From: Anaeramoeba ignava BMAN
Taxonomy: Eukaryota > Protista > Anaeramoebae
Assembly (NCBI GenBank): GCA_028826165.1
Contig: JAPDFW010000065.1
Span: forward strand, 1-64,000
Length of the DNA stretch: 64,000 nucleotides
Direction: 5' to 3'
Shown: positions 39,334 through 52,488 of the stretch, one piece after another
Layout: each line of letters begins with the position of its first letter
Position numbering within the stretch: the stretch's first letter is position 1
Translations under genes and position numbers: made by a program
The notes under the pieces: generated by a model
What the model was told of the DNA's origin: nothing
Seen by the model: only the letters and a program-made list of their open reading frames with translations
The model's database searches: none

Positions 39334-39738
39334 ATGCAAAATATTGATTTCAATTTATTAGAATCATTAGCAAATTTTATTGGAAAAGAAGTATTAGTTT
39401 ATTGTGGACAACAAATATATGAAGGAACATTAGTTAGTTTTGATCAATATTTAGGAGTAATTTTAAAAAATTCTATTCAAAGGACTTTTTTCCGTAATTT
39501 TTATTCAGAAGAAGATTATGGAAATGATTTATGTATTATTTCTGGAAGAGATATTCAAATTATTTCTTTATTTGAAAAATTAAAAGTTGATGAAATGTTA
39601 AAAAATTTTGAAAAATTACAGACTTTTGATTTAGTTAAAAAACGTAAAGAAATTATTCAAGAAGAACCTAAAAAACAACCAGATGATAAAATATTTCGCG
39701 AATTATTTGGTAATTTTGGATTGGATTTTGAAAATTAA
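39334..39738 (+). CDS. Sm-fold protein, LSm1-like
   Basis: SLANFIGKEVLV...GTLVSFDQYLGVILKNSIQR (Sm1), IISGRDI (Sm2) and a helical C-terminal extension. Confidence 0.7.
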   Translation: MQNIDFNLLESLANFIGKEVLVYCGQQIYEGTLVSFDQYLGVILKNSIQRTFFRNFYSEEDYGNDLCIISGRDIQIISLFEKLKVDEMLKNFEKLQTFDLVKKRKEIIQEEPKKQPDDKIFRELFGNFGLDFEN

Positions 39739-39871
39739 AGAAGAATAAAAAGAAAAATTTTTTTGTTTTTTTTTTTTAATAAAAATTAATAAAAATTAAT
39801 AAAAATTTTTTAATCAAAAAAAAAAAATCAAATTTCATTTTTTTCTTTTCTTTTCTTTCAATTTTTTTCAA

Positions 39872-42800
39872 ATGGAAATTTATTTAAGTGAAGTTGTTGA
39901 AGATAGTCCTTTTTTTCAATCAAAAATGAGATCTTTTGAAAACCAAACAAAAGAATTAAAAGTTTATTTAACAAAATTAATTCGATTATCAACTCAATTT
40001 GCAAAAGCTGCGAAATGTATTTTTTATTTTTTTAACATGACAGCTTTACATTTTCACGATAAATTTAAATTAAATTAATTTATTTTGAAATTAAAATTCA
40101 AATTCATTTTGAAATTAAAATTAAAATTCATTTTAAAATTCATTTTGAAATTAAAATTAAAATTCGAATTCATTTTGAAATTCATTTTAAAATTGAAATT
40201 AAAATTGAAATTCATTTTGAAATCAAAATCAAAATCAAAATTAAAATTAAAATTGAAATTCATTTTGAAATTCATTTTGAAATTAAAATTAAAATTAAAT
40301 TTAAAATTGAAATTCATTTTGAAATTAAAATTAAAATTAAAATTAATTTTGAAATTAAAATTAAAATTAAAATTAAAATTCATTTTGAAATTTAAAATTG
40401 ATTTATAAAATTCATTTTAAAATTAAGCCATGTCTGATATTGGTAAACAATTTGCTCGCGAATTAGCTTCATATAAAGATAAAAGTTTTTCACAATCTGG
40501 AGATGAACAAGTTAGTAAGTTTAATTTTTATTAAGGAATAATAAATTCAAATAATAATATTATTATTTCAAAAATTAAATAAAAAAATAATAGGACAACA
40601 ATTATCATCATTTGCAAATATAATTTATACAATGAATGAAGCTTTAGAACTTCATGTAAAAAAAAAACAAATTTATATTCTATTAAATATTAAATATTAA
40701 ATATTAAATATTAAATATAAATGAAATTATAGTATTCTCAATTCGAAAATGCTTTTGCTGAACCAATGCAAGAATTTATTAATACAGATCTTAATGAAGC
40801 AAAAAATATTCGAAAAAAACTTGATAAAGCAATGTCAGAAAGAGATTCTAATTTATCAAAATATTTATCATTCTCAACCAAAAAAGATCCCAAAAAAAAT
40901 GAAGAAATTAAAAATGATTATCAAGAATCTCAAGAAAGATATACATTAACTAACTATGATCTTGTTTCAATATTTCGCGGAATTCAAGAAAAACAAAAAT
41001 TTGAATTTGTTGAAAGAATATGTGCTTTAATGTATCTTCAGTTCACATTCTTTCATCAAGGATACGATTCTTTAATCTCTAAGAAAACTATTCTTGATAA
41101 CTTCACTACAAATTTAGAAACTTCAAAACAAAAATATGAGAGTTTCCTTCGAAAACAAGATCGAAAAAGAGAAAAATTAAAACAAGTACACATTGCTTTC
41201 CAAATATTTTAAAAAAAAAAACATTTTAAATTAAATTATAAATTTAAATTCAAAATTAGATTCTTAAGGAAAAAGAAGCTATTAAAGAAAAAGATAAATC
41301 AAAATTAGAAAAAAGAGGATATTTATTAAAGAAAACATCTTCTAAAGTTAAAGCTTGGAAAAGAAGATTTTTTGTTATAAAAAATCATAAATTTTATTAT
41401 TATCGAAGTTGGAAGGTGAAAAATCAACAATAATATTAAATATAAAATGAATTATGAATGTTTTTTTTTGATATTGATTTGATAAAACTAAATTATTATA
41501 GGATTTGACAAGAGTAGGTGAACTTGATTTATTATATTGCACAATTAAAATTAGTAATGATAGAAATCGAAGGTAGAAATTTATTTTATGAAACAAAAAC
41601 AAAATTCTTTCTTTGTTTGATTTTTTGATTTTCAAAAAAAAAAAACAAAACAAAACTTTCACAGAAATTGCTTTGAAATAATTTCAACAACAAAAACTTA
41701 TATTCTTCAAGCAGAAACAGAAGAAGAAACAAGAAGTTGGATTGAGGTTGTAAACAACAACATTTCAGCTTTATTAACAGGACAAATAAGCGAAAAAGAG
41801 AGAGACAGTCTCGAAACAAGTGAAACACTGGAAAGATTGTTGAAAATACCCGGAAATAAAAAATGTGCAGATTGTGGTGCTGAAGACCCTGATTGGGCAT
41901 CAATCAACATGGGAACATTGATTTGTATTGATTGTAGTGGTATTCATAGAGGACTCGGCACAGCTTATTCAAAAGTACGCTCAACTACTTTAGATAAATG
42001 GGATCCCTTTGTTTTATTAACTATGGAAAAATTGGGCAATGAAAAAGTTAATTCTTTGTTGGAGAAAATGCTCAACAAAAACAACAAAAAACCGAACCCA
42101 AATGATGATCAAAATATCAAAAGAAATTATATTGTTAGAAAATATAAAAATAAGGAATTTGTTCATTTCGATTTAAATCAAGAAAACTCGCAGTTATCAA
42201 TTGAAGATATTCATCTTAAATGCTATCAAGCTGTTCAGAAAAAAAGCTTTAATGATGTTTTTCAAGCAATTTGTCAAGGTGCGGATGTTTTATGGAAAAA
42301 TCCCAAAGATAATAATAACACACCAATTCATGCTGTAATTCAAGTTGAAGATTTAGAAATATTGGAACTTCTTTTGCTTAATTCTTCAGGAAACATTAAT
42401 ATTTTCAATTCTTTGTTATTTACTCCAATTCATTTTGCAATTTTAAAAAATTCTGTTCCATCTTTTAAAAGATTGATTGCTTATGGTGGAGAAATTGAAC
42501 CAAAAATACCAGATACTTCAGATGATGTTTATCTCTCTCCATTAGAGCTTGCAACAAAACTCAATAGTTCTGAATTTATTGAATTAATAAATCAAGATCC
42601 AAATATCATTATAAATCAGAATACAAATACAAATACAAATACAAATTTTACAGATTTTGATGAAAATATAAATCAAAATTTGAATGAAAATTTAAATGAA
42701 AATATTGGCAAAGAAAAAGAACAATCAAATATAAGTATAAGTATAAATTTATATTCAGATATGAATTCAGATCTAAGTATGATTTCGAGTATAAGTTCAA

Positions 42801-43322
42801 ATTTAAATCTAAATCAAAATCAAAATGAAAATCAAAATGAAAATCAAAATGAAAATGAAAAAGAAAATGAAAATCAAAATGAAAAAGAAAAAGAAAATGA
42901 AAATGAAAATGAAAATGAAAAAGAAAATCAAAATCAAAATCAAAAAAAAAATCAAAATGAAAATCAAAATCAAAATCAAAATGAAATTCAAAAAGAAAAT
43001 CAAAAATCAAAATCAAAATCAAAATCAAAATCAAAATCAAAATCAAAATCAAAATGAAAATGAAAATGAAAAAGAAAAAGAAAATCAAAATGAAAATGGA
43101 ATTCAAAATGGAATTCAAAATGAAATTCCAAAAATTCAATTAAACCAAGGAAACAGTAAGAAATCTCATAAAATTAAAAAAGATAGATTTTGTAAATCTA
43201 TTTCTCATAAACCAATTAAAAAATTTCATTCTGAAATAATAAAAATAAAAAAAACAGAAAAAAAAAGAAGAAATACACTTAATAGAGCTTTACCAAAACC
43301 TCCTTTACCAAAAAACAAATAA
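39872..43322 (+). CDS. ACAP/centaurin-beta-like BAR-PH-ArfGAP-ankyrin protein (multi-exon)
   Basis: EDSPFFQS BAR start; KRGYLLKK...WKRRFF PH; CADCGAEDPDWASINMGTLICIDCSGIHRGLG ArfGAP; TPIHA and TPIHFA ankyrin repeats. Frame slip in the NQ repeat at ~43050. Confidence 0.92.
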
Positions 43323-43509
43323 TTTCTTTCTGTTTTAATCTTTTTAATCTTTATTCTTTTTTTATTGGAATTTAAAAAGAAGATTTTTTCGAATTTGTTC
43401 CATTTAAATAATCAAAAGAAAATAAATAAATTTTTTTATACTTTTTTATACTTTTTTCTTCTAAAATAAAAACTAATCAAAAAATAAAAATTTTAATAAA
43501 TTTAGTTAA

Positions 43510-46500
43510 TTAATCCAATTTCTTTTCTTTTGATTTTTCATAATAATTATGATCGTAAACATTTATAATTAATTCTTTAATAAAAATATTTTTTTCAATT
43601 AATTGATCAATAAAACTTTTTGGATCTTCAGAAAAATTCATAACTAATTTTTCAATAAGAACATTTTTAGGAAGATCTTTAAGATTTTGATTAAAAATTT
43701 TTCTTTTTGTTATTTTTGGTTTTTGAATATTTTGTTGAGTTTCTAAATTAACTTTTTCTGTTTTTTTTGTTAATTTTTTTGGTTGAGGAAAATGTATTTT
43801 ATGAATATTTTCTTTATCTATTTTGGTTTTTGGTTTTCTTAATGGTTTTGTTTTTTGTTTTTGTGGAAATTTTGAAAAATTTCTTTTCACATTTTCATTT
43901 TGATTTCTTTTTTCAAATTTGTTTATAATTTGCATTATATTTTGATTTTTTTTGATATTTTGATTTCGATTTTTTTTGAGATTTTGATTTTGATTTTGAT
44001 TTTGATTTTGATTTTGATTTTGATTTTGATTTTGAATTTGATTTAAATTTTCATTTTGATTTTGATTTTGATTTTGATTTTGATTTTGATTTTGATTTTG
44101 ATTTTGATTTTGATTTAAATTTTCATTTTGATTTTGATTTTGATTTTGATTTTGATTTTGATTTTGATTTTGATTTTTATATTTTGATTTATATTTTGAT
44201 TTTGATTTTGATTTTGATTTTGATTTTGATTTTGATTTTGATTTTGATTTTGATTTTGATTTTGATTTTCATTTAAATTTTGATTTTCATTTTGATTTTC
44301 ATTTTGATTTAAATTTTGATTTTTATTTAAATTTTCATTTTGATTTTGATTTTCTTTTTGATTTAAATTTTCATTTTGATTTAAATTTTGATTTTGATTT
44401 AAATTTTCATTTTGATTTTGATTTTGATTTTGATTTTGATTTTCATTTTGATTTTGATTTTGATTTTGATTTTGATTTTGATTTTGATTTTGATTTTGAT
44501 TTTGATTTTCATTTAAATTTTGATTTTGATTTTGATTTAAATTTAAATTTTGATTTTCATTTTGATTTTGATTTTCATTTAAATTTAAATTTTCATTTTG
44601 ATTTTCATCAGATTCTGTTTCTGATTCTGTATCAATTTCTTCAGCTAAATTTTGAAATCCAGACAAACTTTGTCTTTTATTTCTTCTAAAAGATCCAAGA
44701 TTAATTATTGTTGATTTTTTAAGTAAAATAGTACTTGAAAGTTTTTTCAATTTTGTTTGAGTTTCTTTTTTCAAAATTGCTTGAGGAAGAAATTTTTCCA
44801 ATGAAGTAATTGGGGAAAAATTTTGTAATTTTTTAATTTCATTTTCAGAAAAACAAGCAGTTTTTAAAATCAAAACCCAACTTTTTAATTCCTTTTGATT
44901 TGGAGCAGAAATATTATATTCTCTTTCTGGTATTATAATTTGAAATAAAAAAGGTTTTAAATTTATTTTGGGGATTTTGATTCTTGTAATTCCTGGAATA
45001 AGTGGAATTGATCCCTTTAATTTTCTTTTGATTTGATTTTTATTTTGATTTTCTTCTTGATTTTCTTCTTGATTTTGATTTTGATTTTCTTCTTGATTTT
45101 GAACATAATAATTCAACTTTGATCTTTCAATACAAAAAAATCTTCTTTTCCAATTCTTTCTTACTTTTCCTTGTTTGAATAAAAATCCTTTTTTTTCTTT
45201 TCGAATTAATTGACTATATTTTAAGCTTCTTTTTTTTAAAGCTTGTGAAAGAGAAATATGAAAATAATCAATATTTGAACCCATTTTTTCAATTCTGTTT
45301 TCAATAAAAACAAAAAATATTTGGGTTCTTGTGAACATTTGAAGAAAGAGCTAAAAATATTGGATAATAAATAATAAATAATAAAATCAATTTAATTGAT
45401 TTGAAGTTATTCTTCTTTTTGTTGTTTTTTCATTTTTACTTTGCAATCTTCATTTGATCCTAAAATAAAAGCATCTTCATTGATTTCAAAAGTATTTGAT
45501 TCAGAAGAATAACTTAAAAAATATGGATAATCTTTAAATAAAGATACAAAAGCAGAAAGGAATCCTTCACGAACTTTTTCAGAATTAATTTTATTTTGAT
45601 TTTTCTGACTTGGATCAATTATCTTTTCTTCTATTTAATATTATAAATAATATAAATATTATAAATATTATAAATATTATAAATAATATAAATATCATAA
45701 ATATTATAAATAATATAAATATCAAATATTATAAATAATATAAATATTATAAATATTATAAATAATATAAATAATATAAATAATATAAATATCATAAATA
45801 ATATAAATATTATAAATAATATAAATATCAAATATTTAATATTTTTACCTTGATTCTTTTTCATTTTGGAAATATCAATTTTTTCTAATAATTCATGATT
45901 CATTGTTCTTTCCATTGCGATTGTCATAGTTCTAGATCTTTCATGACTTTTTCGATTAGTATTTTGAATTGTTTTACGATGCTCAAATCGTTGAAAATAA
46001 ACAGGAAGAACTTGTTCTTTTTCATCAACAGATTCTTCACTATCTGAAGATGAAAAAGATGTTGATTCATATTCAATTATTTTTGGATTGTTTGATTTTG
46101 TTTGAGTTGTATTTCCTCTAACTCGTGGTTTTCGATCTTTAACAAATATATTTCCATATTTGGTAATTGTTTTAATTAAACGATTACAAATCCTTTGAGG
46201 AAGTGGTGTGTAATTTACAGAAACAGTGATTAAATTAATATCAAGATACACAATATTTATCTAAAATTAAATAAAATATTAATAATTTAAATAAAATATT
46301 TATAAATTAATTAAAATATTTATAATTTAAATAAAATATTTATAAATTAAATTAAATTCAAATAAATTTAGATTAAATATTTATAATTTAAATAAAATAT
46401 TTATAAATTTAAATAAAATATTTATAAATTAAATAAAGTATTTATAAATTTAATAAAATATTTATAAATTTAAATCAAATATTTATAATTTAATTAAAAT

Positions 46501-48774
46501 ATTTATAAATTTAAATCAAATATTTATAATTTAAATCAAATATTTATAAATTAAATCAAATATTTATAAATTTAAATAAAATATTTATAAATTAAATTAA
46601 ATATTTATAAATTAAATAAAATATTTATAAAATTAAATCAAATATTAATAAATTAAATAAAAATATTAATAAATTAAATAAAATATTTATAAAATTAAAT
46701 AAAATATTTATAAAATTAAATAAAATATTTATAATTTAAATAAAATATTTATAAATTAAATAAAATATTAATAAATTTAGATTAAATATTTATAAATTAA
46801 ATCAAATATTTATAATTTAAATAAAATATTTATAATTTAAATAAAATATTTATAAATTAAATAAAGTATTTATAAATTTAAATAAAGTATTTATAAATTT
46901 AAATCAAATATTTATAATTTAAATCAAATATTTATAAATTAAATCAAATATTTATAAATTAAATCAAATATTTATAAATTAAATTCAAATATTTATAAAT
47001 TAAATAAAATATTTATAAATTAATTCATTTAATTTTCTTTTCTACATCTTCTCCAAGTTTCATTTGATCAAGAGTTGAAGTTTTTGTTCCAATTAAAAAA
47101 GGTGTTGGAGAATCTAAAACTTCTTTAAGTGATTCTGGAAGAAATGGAATATAAGGATTCAACCATTCTAATGGATAAAGTAATGATACTATTGCTTCCA
47201 TACATGGAGTTAATTTGGAAACATTATCTGAAACAAATAGAATATGAAGTTCATTTAAAATTAAATTGAGTAATAAAACTATGTTATCTGGATCAAGAGA
47301 AGAGAATAAATAAGAGCATTCAATCTATAGATTTTAATTTAGATTTTGATTTAGATTTTGATTTTGATTTTGATTTTGATTTTAATTTTGATTTTAATTT
47401 TGATTTTGATTTTGAATTTGATTTTGATTTTGATTTTAATTTTAATTTTAATATTAATTTTAATTTTAATTTTAATTTTAATTTTAATTTTAATTTTAAT
47501 TTTAATTTTAATTTTAATTTTAATTTTAATTTTAATTTTAATTTTAATTTTGATTTTGATTTTGATTTTGAATTTCATTTTGAATTTGATTTTGATTTTG
47601 GTTTTGATTTTGATTTTAATTTTCAATTTGATTTTCATTTTCATTTTGGTTTTAATTTTGATTTTGATTTTAATTTTAATTTTGATTTTAATTTTGATTT
47701 TGATTTTGATTTTGATTTTAATTTTTATTTTTATTTTAATTTTGATTTTGATTTTGATTTTGATTTTGATTTTAATTTTGATTTTAATTTTGATTTCGAT
47801 TTAGATTTTGATTTTGATTTTGATTTTGATTTTGATTTAGAAATGAATTTGGAATAACTACATCAAAAATTGGAAGTTCAGTAGAATGATTAAGTTTAGG
47901 TATTGTTATTTTAGTTTGTGAATCTATTGTTATTGATTGTTGAACAGAACGAGAAATTTTAGGAGATTCAATTTTAAGTAATAAATCTGATAAATCTTTT
48001 GCAGTTTGATCTAATAATATGAATATTTATAATTTTTTGTTAAAAAATTTGGATCATAAATTAATAAAATCTTTTTTTTTGTTTACAATTCAAATTTTTT
48101 GTTCCAGAAACAAAATTTGAAAGAATTTCTGAAAATGAACGATGAAAAGGAAATTTAGAGATGATTCCAATAGTTTTTGAGATATAAATATTTTCAAGAG
48201 GATAATCCATATTTTTTTCATTTAAAATTTGTTGAATTTTATGTTGTTTTTTAAATTCTAATTTGAAATATTTTGAATAAGCAAATCCATAAAGTCTTCC
48301 TCCATCATTATTAGTTAAAATAAATGAATGTGAAATATCATCTTGTGGCTTTTCATGTAATTTAATTCCTCCTTCTGGTGAAAGAAAATATGATAAATGC
48401 ATTAAGATTTCTTTTGAAGTTGTTGTATTTGGTTCAACAAAAAGAATCTCTGGAATAAATATTGGATCTTTTTTAATTTTAATTTTTAATTTTAATTTAT
48501 ATTTTAATTTTAATTTTAATTTTGATTTTAATTTTAATTTTTATTTTAATTTTAATTTTAATTTTAATTTTAATTTTAATTTTAATTTTTAATTTTAATT
48601 TATATTTTAATTTTAATTTTAATTTTCATTTAAAAATTCGAAATTTTTTTTTGTTTTTTATTTTAATTTTATACCTTTATTTGTTGTGGTTGTTTCTTCT
48701 ATTTTTAATTCTGTTCCCATCCCAGATATAACTACAAATTCAAAAAATTTTTCTTCAATTGAGGACAAAGACAT
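43510..48774 (-). CDS. DENN domain + PH domain protein (putative Rab GEF; multi-exon)
   Basis: FFEFVVISG; HSFILTNNDGGRLYGF; IGIISKFPF; LLYPLEWLNPYIPFLP...LDSPTPFLIG; KKGFLFKQGKVRKNWKRRFF (PH). The 3' end is joined across an NQ repeat. Confidence 0.85.
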
Positions 48775-48959
48775 TTTTTTTTTAAAAAAGAGAAAAAGAA
48801 AAAATGAAAAAATGAAAAAAAATTTTTATTAATTTTTTTGGAATTGAATTTTTTAAAAGTGAAAAAAAAAAGATTTAAAAAAAAAGGGGAATTAAAATGA
48901 GTTTCTTAATTAAATGGAATTTTTGTTGAATTTGGAATTATTTTGGAATTAATTTGGAA

Positions 48960-51900
48960 TTATTTTTTGCTGTCTGAAAAAAGGTCTTCATCATCATCAT
49001 CTTCATCATCTTCATCAAAAAGATTTTCATCATTTTCTTTTTGATTTTGATTTTGTTTTTCTTTTTGTTTTTCTTTTTCTTTTTCATTTTCTTTTTGTTT
49101 TTCATTTTGTTTTTCTTTTTCTTTTTCATCTTCATCTTCATCTTCATTAAAAGGACTGTCATCTTCATCATCTTCATCAAAAGGATTTTCATCTTTTTGT
49201 TTTTCTTTTTCATTTTCATTTTGTTTTTCATTTTGTTTTTCTTTTTCATTTTCATTTTCATCATCTTCATTAAAAGGACTGTCATCTTCATCATCTTCAT
49301 CAAAAGGATTTTCATTTTGTTTTTCTTTTTCATTTTCATTTTGTTTTTGTTTTTGTTTTTGTTTTTCTTTTTGTTTTTGTTTTTGTTTTTGTTTTTCTTT
49401 TTCATTTTCATTTTCTTTTTCTTTTTCTTTTTCATTTTTCATTTTGTTTTTCTTTTTCTTTTTCTTTTTCATTTTCATTTTCATTTTCTTTAAAAGGATT
49501 TTCATCATCTTCATCATCTTCATCATCTTTTTCTTTTTCTTTTTGTTTTTCTTTTTGTTTTTTTCTTTGCTTTTCTTTTTCTTTTTGTGTTTTTGAATGA
49601 ATCTTTTTAAATTTCTGGATTTTCTCATCTAAACTTTTTATAGAAGAAACATAAAATTCATTATCAGCTGACTTAATTTTCTCCTTAGTTGTACCTAAAT
49701 TTGCATTTTTTAAGTTGGTTTGTTTTGCATCCAAATGATTAGATCTTAAACCAGAAAAATCTTTTAAATTTTGACACATTTCTTCCAACCAAAACAATAT
49801 AAATTCCACACTATCTATTGTTTCAAGAATTTGAAAAAAATCATTTTCTTCTTTTTTCTTTTGCTTCATTTTTTCCTCCATTTCTTTCCCAAATTTCTTG
49901 ATATTTTCATCCCATTTGGGATCATATCCATTAAGATTAGAAAATTTTTTTTCAAATCTTTTAAACCAATCAATAAATTTGGTGAAATTTCTCAATCTCC
50001 TTGATTCTTGTGAATTTTGGAAATATCTCTGTGCCATTTTTTCCAGAGAAGTCTGAAGTTCAGGAAATGATTGGAATGATTTAAAATCCAGAAAAGAATA
50101 TTCATTTGAGAACTCGTCACCAATTGCTCTTGATTTTATTTGAGTATCAATCAAATTCGAAATTTCTTTTTTCTTTTTTTGATCGGACATTTTTAGAAAA
50201 AGATCTTGTGATTTAATTTTGAAAGACAATTTACTGTGAATTTCAGAAATATTATCTGTAATGTTTTTCAGACATTGTAACCTTTGGTTTAAATTCCCAA
50301 CTAATTTGGTTGGCAATAATTTTTTAGGTTGGAAATATTGGAAATGCCAGTCCAAAATATCCTGTTCTGTTGGTTGTGTTTCTTCAGAGAATTTGGTTAA
50401 TAATTGCTGTTTGTATTCCCGAATCGAAATTTCTTGTGCTTTTTTGTTTTGGTTTTCAATTGATGAATCATATATTACTTGGAAATCTAGAATTGAATCA
50501 GAAACATTTGCTTTTTGCATATATTCCTCAATAACTGAAACTAGCAATGCTCCATCCAAAAACTGAAATTCAGAAAGTATCCTAATTTCTGAGTTGTCGA
50601 TATATTTATCGAATAAAAGTGAATATATTTTTGAAGAAAGCACTCCCAAATCAAATCCTCGATTCTCAGAATCAGACGAAATACCAAATCCTTGGATATT
50701 GCGATAAAAATCAAATAGAGATTTTTTGATTTTGTTTGATTCTCTAATTTCCGATTTTTTACTAGAATCTTTGTTTTGTGCCATAAATTCCTTAAGAAAA
50801 AAATCTGGTGACGATTGAGGAGTTTCCTTGTTAAAAACCCAAAGTAAATTTGGTGATATTCTACTTGATAAAATGGGGTGTTGGAAAGATGTGAATTGGA
50901 AAGCATGTGGATGTTGAATTGAAGAGAAATTTTTGATTAAATCAATAGTCAAATTATTTTGTGATGTTGATGTTCTTAAAACAATTAAAGAACTTATGAA
51001 GATTAAAAAGGAAAAGATTTTGGATTGTATTGATTGCTCTAATTTATTTGTGTTGAATCCCCGAACATCCAAAATTATCAATTTTTCTTCGCTGTTTAAT
51101 GAGAATTTGCGAGGTTTGAACATCCAGATTTCAGGATTATCCGATTTGGAAGATATTTTGTGGGTATTTGGTGGGAAGAACATATTTGATAAAGCGAAGT
51201 TATCTTGATTTTTTTGAAAATTAAAATTAAAATTAAAATTAAAATATTATATTAATATAAAATAAAATATTATTTAATTATTTTTAATAGAACCATTTGA
51301 ATCAACTTCAACCAAAGTTAATATGCGGATTTTTGATTTGATATCTTCAAGAATTGTTAACCCGAGTTTATCTAAATTCCATTTCCCTTCATCATCAATA
51401 GAACAAAGTCTTACTTGAAAAGGTATTTTTTGTGCAAGTTTATCTCTCTTTTTCTTTAATCTGTCTTTCTCTTTCTGAAGACTTTGCTTTGATTCTTTAA
51501 TTTCTTCAAGTATCTTTTTATTACTGTCTTCTATTTCTTTCATTTTGTTCTCTTTTTGTGATCTTTCTTCCTGAATGTCGGCAAGACTTTTTTCTAACTT
51601 TCCTTTTTTTTTGGTATTTTTTTTCACTAATTCTTCAATTTGATAAAGTAGATCTTCAAGTTTATCTCTTTTCTCCAGTTAATTTTTTAATTTCTTCTTC
51701 TTGCTTTTGTTTCAAATCAGGTTTTGTTTGTTTTGCATTTTTGAGTTGTTCTTTTTTTTCTTCCAAATCTTTTTTTAAAGACTCACTTTTAGATTCTAAA
51801 GTGGGAATTTGTTTGTTTTGTTTTTCAATAATTGGTTCAGCTCCTTTGATTTTTGTTTCGAGATCTTCTTTATTCTGATTAAGAATTTTGATTTGGTTTT

Positions 51901-52319
51901 GGGTTTCATTGAGAGTTTGTGTATCTTTTTTAATCTCTTGATCAATTTTTTCATTTTCAGTTTTTTAATGGATCCACTTGTTTAATAATTGAATCGATTT
52001 CTTGTTCTAAACTGTTTTTTTCATTATTTTTGTTTTGTTGAGTTGATTTAAGTTCGTCGATTTTTTTAATAAGTTCATCAACTTCTTTTTGAATGTTTAT
52101 GATGCCTTGATTTGTGTTTTGTATTTCGATTTTTAAATTATTTGCTTCTTGTTCTTTTGCGTTTTTTGCTTTTTCTTTTTCATTTTTTGAACTTTGTTCT
52201 TTTTGAAATTCATCTCTAAATTTGCTTTCATCTTCATATTGACCTGATTTGTCTATGATTTCCAATATAATTCTAAAAGCATCTGTAAGATTTTTTGGTT
52301 TGCTTTTCTTGTCTGTCAT
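48960..52319 (-). CDS. Coiled-coil + degenerate guanylate-binding protein (GBP/atlastin-like) domain + acidic NPF-repeat tail. Frame slips at ~51960 and ~49440.
   Basis: EIWMF, LIILDVRGF, KIFSFLIFISSLIVL, PNLLWVF and DGALLVSVIEEYMQKAN follow the GBP motif order. No intact P-loop. Confidence 0.6.
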
Positions 52320-52488
52320 TATATTTACGAATTAAAAAATGAAAAAGGAAAAAAATGAAAAAAAAAAATAAAAAAAGGAAAAAAAAGGAAAAAAAAAAAT
52401 TAAATAAAAAAAAGACAAATTACTAATTTTTATAATTTTTTATTGAATTTCCTTTCTTGTTCTTGTTTTATAATTATATAAAAAATTT

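Noticed and set aside
13772-48731. ORF-track entries of poly-IN, IK, LK, IL and DF dipeptides
   Set aside because: These are translations of intronic or antisense microsatellites, not genes.
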